NCBI GenBank assembly: GCA_040954595.2 | Contig: CM082591.2 | Span: forward strand, 3,395,957 to 3,459,956 | Reading direction: 5' to 3' | Length of the DNA stretch: 64,000 nucleotides | Origin: Balanoglossus misakiensis | Taxonomy: Eukaryota; Animalia; Hemichordata | Part shown: in pieces, positions 32,953 to 42,300 of the stretch | Layout of the letters: each line of letters opens with the position of its first letter | Numbering within the stretch: the stretch's first letter is position 1 | Position numbers and translations under genes: made by a program | Notes under the pieces: model-generated | The model's database searches: none | Seen by the model: the letters and a program-made list of their open reading frames with translations, nothing else | Told to the model about the DNA's origin: nothing

Positions 32953-34092
32953 TTATACTCGTTGAAGTGACCGTTTTTGATCGTCCATTTTCCAATATGG
33001 CAGCATCTGCGTGTCATTTACCCATGAGAACCTCTGCCGAAGAATATCACACAGATGGCGATTGTAAGGTGAATAAAATTCGCTAAGAAGCCTGACAACA
33101 TTATCGTCAACAGGTGGGTGTTTTCTGCCCCTAACACTACACCGATTGGAAGGAAATTTCAGACACCAGTGACCTATCGTCTGATTAAAGTAAAATTGAC
33201 CTTCGTCGAAGAAAGGTCTTACATGTAGGAAGTCTTCCACTTTCTGTAACTCTGCAACTGGCGACGACCTGAGTTTTCCCGCGTCGACGATATGAATTTG
33301 CTCCCGGGGAAAGTAATCCAACCATCGCTGAATATGTTTCACATAAATACCAGTGTCTACCAGTTCATTGTAATAGTTTATAATGTCGTTATTGTGGCCT
33401 TCCAAAAGAGATTCTTCGAACGTTTTCTTGATGGTATAATGCCAATTTTGACGGGGTATATACCGTCTAAGCGCTTCATGCTGAAAGTCCGAAATTGCAC
33501 GTCTCACTGGATCACAGACAATAACGATTATTTTCGTTTTGGGGGATAATTCGTCATATACCATTTTGGGAACATTTGGGGGGAAAACAAAATATTTAGG
33601 TGTTTTCTCAATAGTGACCGTTTCAGTGGTTGTATAGGGCATTTGGTTTCTATACCACGGTAACGACAATCCAAGTTGACGGTAATGGTCGAAAAAGTGA
33701 GATTCTTCGTCAGGCATGGCTATGTCTGGGTGGATGTTCAAATAAAATCTGAGGGCGGTCGTTCCACATTTCTTGACACCAACCACGAGTGCTTGTGGCA
33801 GGCGACGTTCACAGTCGCGTCTTTGCAGCTCAGCTTCGCTCACTTCATCTGCCACACTGAAAGTAATCGAGTTCCCATCGTTAATATAACAGGAACCGCC
33901 GAATTTCTCCCTGTAGTATGAGGTCGCGTTTAGCTGGTAGGCTTTCAGGGTGTCCATCTGTCTATTGACACTCGTAGCATCAACACCCCTTTTCAAATAT
34001 GATGCTGGGTTGATATGTAGAACTGTGAACGTCAAGGCTAAACTGGCAATTGTTATTCCCAAAGTTGGGTAGTAGATTAGACCATCCGCCAT
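32953..34092 (-). CDS. Heparan sulfate glucosamine 3-O-sulfotransferase-like, paralogue 1 (intronless CDS)
   Basis: 379-aa ORF with type II TM anchor; RRLPQALVVGVKKCGTTAL (5'-PSB), ExHFFD, EKTPKYF, DPVRRAISDF (3'-PB), GRKHP. Confidence 0.9.
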   Translation of the reverse strand: MADGLIYYPTLGITIASLALTFTVLHINPASYLKRGVDATSVNRQMDTLKAYQLNATSYYREKFGGSCYINDGNSITFSVADEVSEAELQRRDCERRLPQALVVGVKKCGTTALRFYLNIHPDIAMPDEESHFFDHYRQLGLSLPWYRNQMPYTTTETVTIEKTPKYFVFPPNVPKMVYDELSPKTKIIVIVCDPVRRAISDFQHEALRRYIPRQNWHYTIKKTFEESLLEGHNNDIINYYNELVDTGIYVKHIQRWLDYFPREQIHIVDAGKLRSSPVAELQKVEDFLHVRPFFDEGQFYFNQTIGHWCLKFPSNRCSVRGRKHPPVDDNVVRLLSEFYSPYNRHLCDILRQRFSWVNDTQMLPYWKMDDQKRSLQRV

Positions 34093-34544
34093 CTTGTCAG
34101 ATTTTCTGGTCAGCGCACAAAATCGTACGTCAGTTGGCCGATTTGTAGTGGAAATTAAAATGCAGTCAGAACTACACCATCCAAGAATTCTAGCGCTGAC
34201 TGTGGGATTGATGGTAATATGGCTGACGTCACAGACACAAACTATATATATAGGTTATTTCATCACCACTAAACGTGTAGTGAAAATAGGCTATTTTTTC
34301 CGAGACTCATTTACAATTGTATCACCAGCTGCAATAAAAATAGGACTGTGGCAGTTCACCCATTTTTCCGTGTAGCTTGTTGTAAGGTGATACGGACAGT
34401 TACCAGATGGTGCTAGATGGTGCAAGTCTGATTGCATTGAGACTCACAACCGTGACAACGTCCAGGTTTACCACTGCTACCAGCTCTAACTGGCCATTAT
34501 AACGGACGTGATATTTCATACCTGTGAGCAGAGCAGTTGACATT

Positions 34545-35708
34545 ATGAGAATTGGGAAGTTTACGGGGCAACAAGTAGGCTTTGCAGCCTTGGCAGTAGC
34601 AATCGTAAGTCTTGCATTGACGTTCATAGTTCTGCATATCAACGAGCACAATTTAGATAGGCCTACTCAGCCAGCATCATACTTGGAAAATACCCCAGAT
34701 GCCTCGCGTGTCAGTAGACATATGGACACACTAAAGGCCTACCAGCTAAACGCGACCTCATACTACAGGGAAAAATTCGATGGTTCCTGTTATATTAACG
34801 ATGGAAACTCAATTACTTTCAGTAAGGCAAAAGTGGTGAGTGAGACTGAACTACAAAGACGCGGCTGTGAACGCCGCCTGCCGCAGGCACTTGTGGTTGG
34901 TGTCAAGAAATGTGGAACGACCGCCTTCAGATTTTATTTGAACATCCACCCAGACATAGCAATGCCTGACAGAGAAATACACTTCTTCGACCTAAATCAT
35001 CAGCTGGGACTGCCGTGGTATAGAAGCAGAATGCCTTACACAACTGCTGAAACGGTCACTATTGAGAAAACACCTAAATATTTTGTGTTTCCCCCAAATA
35101 CTCCCAAAATGGTACACGACGAACTGTCTCCCCAAACAAAAATAATCGTTATCGTCTGTGATCCAGTGAGACGTGCGGTTTCGGACTTTCGGCATGAAAC
35201 GCTTGCACTGCATATTAATAAACCCCGGCACAATTGGCATTATACCATCAAGAAAACGTTCCAAGAATCTCTTTTGGAAGGCCACAATAACAACATTATA
35301 AACTATTACAATGAACTGGTAGACACTGGTATTTATGTGAAACATATTATGCGGTGGTTGGATTACTTTCCCCGGGAACAGGTTCATATCGTCGACGCGG
35401 GAAAACTCAAGTCGTCACCAGTTGCAGAGTTACAGAAAGTGGAAGACTTCCTACAAATAAGACCGTTCTTTGACGACAGTCATTTTCATTTTGATCGGAC
35501 ACGTGGTTACTGGTGTCTGAAATTTCCATCAGGCCGGTGCAGTGCTCGCGGTAGGACACACCCGCAAGTTGATGATGTAGTTGTCAGGCTTCTTAGCGAA
35601 TTTTATTCACCGTACAATCGTTATCTGAGTGATATTCTCCGGCAGAGGTTCTCATGGGTGAATGACACGCAGATGACGCCATCTTGGAAAATGGACGATC
35701 ATAATTAA
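34545..35708 (+). CDS. Heparan sulfate 3-O-sulfotransferase-like, paralogue 2
   Basis: First ATG at 34545; same motif set (GVKKCGTTAF, EIHFFD, EKTPKYF, DPVRRAVSDF, GRTHP). Confidence 0.9.
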   Translation: MRIGKFTGQQVGFAALAVAIVSLALTFIVLHINEHNLDRPTQPASYLENTPDASRVSRHMDTLKAYQLNATSYYREKFDGSCYINDGNSITFSKAKVVSETELQRRGCERRLPQALVVGVKKCGTTAFRFYLNIHPDIAMPDREIHFFDLNHQLGLPWYRSRMPYTTAETVTIEKTPKYFVFPPNTPKMVHDELSPQTKIIVIVCDPVRRAVSDFRHETLALHINKPRHNWHYTIKKTFQESLLEGHNNNIINYYNELVDTGIYVKHIMRWLDYFPREQVHIVDAGKLKSSPVAELQKVEDFLQIRPFFDDSHFHFDRTRGYWCLKFPSGRCSARGRTHPQVDDVVVRLLSEFYSPYNRYLSDILRQRFSWVNDTQMTPSWKMDDHN

Positions 35709-36284
35709 TGCAAGGCATAATAATAGCATGCAAGGCATAACTGATAAACAGGAAATGGCATATATACACGTGTAATGCCTTACAATATATAATAACGTTT
35801 AATACAAAATCAACAAATCTGGAACAAATTTATTACGTCACCAGTAAAAGTTATACATGTAGTTGGGGATAGGAGAGGGCCCAGTACATGATAAAGTGTT
35901 TTCAGACATTTTGCTGCGTGAATTGTTGTTTTTGCCTGTATGTAGGCGATTTAGAGACAAATGTACGAGCTTATTCTGGTAAGTATTAAACAAGCAATAG
36001 GATATTGCTGTTTACTGGCGTCCAATTGCGACCTATATTCAGTATGATAACAGGATTATTACATTTAACCACGTTAATTGCCGTGCAGCGTGTTGTTCGT
36101 GTAAGATAGGCTACCAGATGGTGCAAGTCTGTCTGTGCGTTTCCCACGACTGCAGTGTTAGACTTTCTTGTATTTCTCATTACCGGTGCGCTTATTCAAG
36201 CTCTCCATACTCCCGCTGTATCCCAGCTCTTACTGGCAAGTTGAACAGACGTGATATTTCGTCTTGAGTAGACCAGTTGACACT

Positions 36285-37433
36285 ATGAGAGTTAGTACAG
36301 CGAGTTACGTCTGCCGAGCAGCGCTGGCGGTAACAATCGTCAGTTTTGCCTTGACGTTCACAGTTCTACATATCAACAAGCACAACTTAAATATCAAGCC
36401 AGCATCACATTTGAAAACGGATGCAGATTCTCCGAGCCTCGGCAGACGTTTGGACAACCTGAAAGCCTACCAGCTTAACGCGACCTCATACTTCAGGGAA
36501 AAATTCGACGGTTCCTGTTATATCAGCGAAGGAAAGGTGCATTCTTTCGGTCAGACCAAAGAAGTCAGCGGCGCTGAACTGCGTAGACGTGGCTGTGAAC
36601 GCCGCCTGCCGCAGGCACTTGTGGTGGGAGTCAAGAAATGTGCAACGAACGTATTCAAGTCTTATTTAAACATCCACCCGGACATAGCAATTCCTCCAGA
36701 CAATGAAATGCACTTTTTCGATCAACACCATAAACTGGGATTGTCGTGGTATAGAAACAGAATGCCCTACACAACTGCTGAAATGGTCACTATTGAGAAA
36801 ACGCCTAGCTATTTTGTATTTCCACCAAATGCTCCCAAATTGGTGCAAGACGAACTGTCCCCTAAAACGAAAATAATGGTTATTGTCTGTGATCCAGTGA
36901 GACGTGCAGTTTCGGACTTCCGACACGAAAGTCATGCAGTGCATAATAATAAAACCCTGCGAAACTGGCACTATACAATCGCCGAAACATTCGAAGAATC
37001 TGTGTTGGAGCCCCAAAAAGCCGACATCATCAACTGCTACAATGAACTGGTAGACACTGGTATTTATGTGAAACATATTTTGCGCTGGTTGGATTACTTT
37101 CCCCGGGAACAGATTCATATCGTCGACACTGGAAAACTCAAGTCGTCGCCAGTTGCAGAGTTACAGAAAGTGGAAGACTTCCTACAAATAAGACCTTTCT
37201 TTGACGACAGTCATTTTGTCTTTAATCAGGCTAGAGGTCGTTGGTGTGTGAAATTTCCATCAGGCAATTGTATTGGTGGCGGGCATGAACATCCAGTAAT
37301 TGATGATAAAGTTGTCAAACTACTTAGCGATTTTTTTAAACCTTACAATCGTTATCTTTGTGATGTTCTTCGTCAAAATTTGTCATTTGTGAATGAAACG
37401 CAGATGCTACCATCTTGGAAAATAGACGACTAA
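36285..37433 (+). CDS. Heparan sulfate 3-O-sulfotransferase-like, paralogue 3 (deviant PAPS-binding motifs)
   Basis: First ATG at 36285; GVKKCATNVF, EMHFFD, EKTPSYF, DPVRRAVSDF, GHEHP. Confidence 0.88.
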   Translation: MRVSTASYVCRAALAVTIVSFALTFTVLHINKHNLNIKPASHLKTDADSPSLGRRLDNLKAYQLNATSYFREKFDGSCYISEGKVHSFGQTKEVSGAELRRRGCERRLPQALVVGVKKCATNVFKSYLNIHPDIAIPPDNEMHFFDQHHKLGLSWYRNRMPYTTAEMVTIEKTPSYFVFPPNAPKLVQDELSPKTKIMVIVCDPVRRAVSDFRHESHAVHNNKTLRNWHYTIAETFEESVLEPQKADIINCYNELVDTGIYVKHILRWLDYFPREQIHIVDTGKLKSSPVAELQKVEDFLQIRPFFDDSHFVFNQARGRWCVKFPSGNCIGGGHEHPVIDDKVVKLLSDFFKPYNRYLCDVLRQNLSFVNETQMLPSWKIDD

Positions 37434-38183
37434 AATCAGTCTCAACATGCACTAACCAACATGATAAAGAAAATATTAACTTTTGACATGTACTTCATCA
37501 GATTTTGGCATGCATGCACTTCATTACAGATGTTGACATTAGGTTTGGATTGAATATCAATGTCATATTGCCACTTGGCGTTATTTCCATTCAAATGGGT
37601 TTGTAATTTAAAGATGGAATTTCTTGATTTTCGCACTCTATAAAAGGACTTAACCCCGGTATGTAATTCATTTTATGCAAGTCTTTCTTTTCTTGCTCTA
37701 TTCGTATATTGTATTCATGTACACGAGGGTAAAAATAAATAGTCCACTAATACAACCAATGATAATTTTGGAACAACAAGAAAACTATTTCTGCTACTAC
37801 TATACGTACTAAAAGTTCACACAGCTTAAAGGCTTGAAATTGTCTCCTGGGATTATACAGTTTCAAACTAAAAGAAACTGTATGTTATAATTTCGGTGAT
37901 CTGGATTGTTTACTGGCTAATACAGACCACAGTCAGCAACACTTACTGCCTGATAGGATTGCTACACCTAGTCTTGTTACCATCAAGCAGCCAATGGTCT
38001 GTGTTACATACGGATACCATATGGTTCAGGTCTGTGTATTAATACCGATGATTGCAGTGTAGGGCCTTCTTGTATTAATTATAATTGCTATGTTAATTCA
38101 AGCTCTTCACACTCCTACTGTACCCAGCTCGCGCTGGTTAGGTTAACGTCTGAGATTACGTTCTCGCCCGCCGAGTAGACATT

Positions 38184-38725
38184 ATGGAAATTGGTACGAC
38201 GATTAAAGTCTGCTACGCAGCCTTGGCGGCAACAGTCATCACTTTTGCCGTGACGTGTACACTTCTACACATCAACAGCCACAACTTAACTATCAAGCCT
38301 GCATCATATTCGAGCGACAGTAGAGATATGGTCACCTCGAAAGCCTACCAGCTTAACGCGACCTCTTACTACAGGGAGAAATTCGATGGTTCCTGTTATA
38401 GAAACGATGGAAAGTCGATTTCTTTTGGCGAGGCCAAAAAAGTAAGTGACTCTGAACTGCGTAGACGTGGCTGTGAACGCCGCCTGCCGCAGGCACTTGT
38501 GGTGGGCGTCAAGAAATGTGGAACGACCGCACTGAAGTTTTATTTGAACGTCCATCCAGACATAGCAATGCCGAAGGACAAAGAAACACACTTTTTCGAT
38601 CAAAACCATCAACTGGGATTGTCGTGGTATAGAAGCAGAATGCCCTACACAACTGCTGAAACGGTCACTATTGAGAAAACACCAAAATATTTTGTATCTC
38701 CCCCAAATACTCCCAAAATGGTACA
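38184..38725 (+). pseudogene. HS3ST-like paralogue 4, 5' half, interrupted by the Polinton
   Basis: ORF matches paralogues up to PPNTPKMV, then runs into the TIR and stops at 38735. Confidence 0.92.
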
Positions 38726-39104
38726 AGTAGTATAGGTTGGAGCCGTAGCACTCGGATTTGGGGAGGAGGAGCTGAGGAGGAGCTGAGGAGGAGCTGAGGA
38801 GGAGGAGCTGAGGAGGAGGCGGAGGAGCTGAGGAGGAGCTGAGGAGGAGCTGAGGAGGAGGAGCTGAGGAGGAGGCGGAGGAGCTGAGGAGGAGCTGAGG
38901 AGGAGGAGGAGGAGGAGGAGGAGCTGAGGAGGAGCTGAGGAGGAAGAGGAGGAGGAGGAGCTGAGGAGGAGGAGGAGGCAGACATGGTCCCCTAAGTTGG
39001 TGGAAAATTGAGATATGACTAAGTATATATGGAACGTGCTTTGATTGGTGGACTTTCTGCAAAGCATGATGTTGGGAGGAGGCAGAGGAGGCAGTGGAGG
39101 TGAT
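38726..39104 (+). repeat. Left terminal inverted repeat of the Polinton (379 bp)
   Basis: Reverse complement of 53699-54126 except for the length of the internal (GAG)n/GAGCT array (about 38762-38978). Confidence 0.95.
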
Positions 39105-39368
39105 GAGAGGCGAAGGAGGCCTATCACCCATGAGGTAGACAACCCTAAATGTTGGGAGGAGGCAGAGGAGGCGATGAGAGGCGGAGGTGTATCACCCCCT
39201 AAGGTAAGGAACCCTAAATGTTGGGAGGAGGCGGAGGCAGGTATTTCCGGCTGGTCCGATCTCTTCATTTGTATACCATACCATGATTATCGAAGTGCGC
39301 CATCTACCGATTGATACCATTTATTCTTTCGGTACACTATTTCACGACATTGTATTCTGTTGACTACA

Positions 39369-42300
39369 ATGAGCTGGGACAGTTCTCCCGAGTTTTCGGC
39401 CAGTCAGTGGCAGGAAATTTTAAGTCTTGAGCGTGGGAATGCGAGGGAAGAAACCGAACATAGCCAGGTAAGTTTTTCATGTAAAATAAATGTTATCGTA
39501 GTCACTCGATCGCGCACAGTGTAATTCGCGCCCTGTGTATGGAACTGTCGTCTGCGTCATGTCCGAATTGACATTGACGTGGATTTCTCCACCAAAATAC
39601 GCCAATGAATTGAAATCATAAACTAAAATATGTTAGAAATTTTAAATTAAATTTACGGGTGTAAATTAAATTGGTATAAACATGTTAAAAAACAGCTCCT
39701 GTATGAAAGGTGGATATTTCACTGTATGTTGTCGATTGATATGCCGGCCGGGGTCGTACATACAGTACACAGGTAAAGCACATAGTGTCGCTCTGTTCAA
39801 CACACTCTGGCATCGAAATATGTTCGATTCAGGTTTACAAAATCTCCGACTCATCGTTAATGAAAGGTTTAATAACCCAATGTGTTTGTATATTCTTATT
39901 AAATGCTAGATCAATGTCAACATTCAAAAAAAAAAAAAAAAAAAATTTGCCTCAAAACGATCGTGGGTGAACATCCGCGCACTACTCGTAGTGTCGCTGG
40001 GCCAGTATACACGGCACTGTTACGCACGGATTCCAATTAACACGCCTTTGTTATTTAAATCAGCACATCGTCACAATGTTACTATATTGTTCCCCATTCA
40101 TTCCTCATGTAGGACACTCACGTGTATGACGCGTGCCTGTTTGCCAGATGGGTTAAATTTCATCACACATTAGCAGTTAAAAGTGAGATGTTTTCTGTAC
40201 TTGATGGTCGTGTTTAACCTTATACACACGTATGCGTTTCCTTGTAATAGGATCAGCATGAACTCGCTGCAGGGAGTGAGTCACAGCATCACAATTTGAT
40301 TGCACCGCATCCAAACGTAATCGGGTAAGTTTTACCTTTCTTTCTTTCTTTCTTTCTTTAGAACAATTAATTTAATAGAAACGAAGAATATTTGTACTTT
40401 TTTTTCTTCTTATCTATCATTTTCGTTTAATAGGGACACCGGGGAAGAAGAAATGGAAAGACAGGATACGGGTGCCTCATCATCCCCGCATCCAAACGTA
40501 ATCGGGTAAGTTTTACCTTTCTTTCTTTAGAACAATTAATTTAATAGAAACGAAGAATATTTGTACTTTTTTCTTCTTCTTATCTATCATTTTCGTTTAA
40601 TAGGGACACCGGGGAAGAAGAAATGGAAAGACAGGATACGGGTGCCTCATCATCCAAGAGATATAGGTAAAATGATTATTATTGAACTTCACCGCCCTTA
40701 CAATGTATGAATGTATGTACATGCATGCATGTATGATGATACAGTTATGTTTGTAATTGTGTATTTGATTATTTTCAGAATTATGCCAGATCCTTCAAAG
40801 TCGACCAAACATCAGCCCTCACCTGAGTTTATGCAAGCTCTCAGGGAGATCGGTAATAATAATAATAATTCCCATCTGCAATGTCCTCACTGTGACAAAT
40901 GTTTTCTACAACGTAAAAATTTAAAACGTCACATCATAATCCACACAGAAAATAAGCAGTTTGCCTGCCCCAACTGCGAGTACCGTTCAAATAGGGCAGT
41001 TAACTTAAAACGCCATTTGCAAACAGTACACGGGGACAACGCCGAACGAGAGCACACCTGCAATATGTGCTCTCGGTCCTTCAAGCGAAAAGATAACTTG
41101 AAGCGACACGAAAATGTCTGCCATCGACCATCCACCCACAGAATTGAATGTGATATATGCGACATGACCTTTACGAGAAAATCAATGTACACCGCTCATC
41201 TAAAAGTGCACAAAAAATTATCTCGTAATGTTTCGTTCAAATGTGCCAGATGCCGCAGACGATTCAGATCGTTTCAGGCACTTAAAACACACAGCCACAG
41301 CCATCAGCAAGATGCATCCAGTTCTTCTTCTTCATCATCATCATCTTCTTCCTCCTCTTCGTCCGCCGATGAAAATATTGCAACAGTGGTACAAGTCGGC
41401 GGTCGTGGTGATGACAAGAGAAGTAGCAGTACCGAAGAGACTTCCTCTTCTGACTCACTACCCGTCGATCCACTGGAACCGGTGTTTGATGACGATAATG
41501 ATGATTCTGATGTTCGAGCTGTGTATCGGGCAAACTGGTCTCACATACGATCGAGACATCGTGAGGGAAATCCGTTGTTAGACGTGTACAACTTCAGAAC
41601 GTCCGGAGGATTCCAACGGGAGCAATTGCAGAGGTATCTTTACACCGTCCATGGGCGTCAGACCAATCAATATAAAGTCAACCTATCACTTGGTTTTTTG
41701 ATGCAACATGTGGAGACGGGCGCAGTGAGGTACTTTTATCCATCACACAACAACCACCTGTTGGATTCACCCGTCTTGATCCGAAATCACCGTGACCTGG
41801 CGAGCCTTATGACCCACCTGGGAGACGTCGACATTCCTGAGCACATGAAGCTGCACAGGCCAGACACGAAATGGGGTGTGAGTTTGATCACAAATGTGAC
41901 GGTATACGTTGTTAAGATACCAAAACATTACATCGGCTGCACTGATGTTGTTTTACCCGACTGTGTGACGACATGTCGAAGTGTGGCACCGTTACTTCTC
42001 TGCCCCCACACAGCTCAACCGTATGAAGACAACCTATGTTTTTTCCGCTGCCTCGCCTTAGCTAAGGGCTATACAGAGCGAAATCTTGAAGTTGCCGCAA
42101 AAAATTACAGCCGACAGTATGTTGCCCATAGAGGACAAACTCTTGACACTCCGTTCCAGGGCGTATCATTTGGTGATTTACCTGACTTAGAATCGATGTT
42201 TTCGATCAATATAGAGGTTTGTGAACTTTTTGTAGGAGGAGATGGTGGTTCACGATCGGAAAGGGTCGTCAAACACGTTGTGAAATCTGTGGGAAAACAC

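Noticed and set aside
33292-37118. Recurrent antisense ORFs (MNL.PGKVIQP...) opposite the sulfotransferases
   Set aside because: Shadow frames of near-identical paralogous coding sequence.
38304-39268. Minus-strand ORFs rich in Pro/Leu/Ser (38304-39131, 38645-39268, 38668-38985) and their mirrors at 53736-54177
   Set aside because: They are translations of the stop-free TIR repeat array, open in all frames, with no domain content.
40711-40778. ORF-track N-terminus of pPolB (MYVHACMYDDTVMFVIVYLIIF)
   Set aside because: This is AT-rich sequence ending in a TTTTCAG acceptor; better explained as intron.
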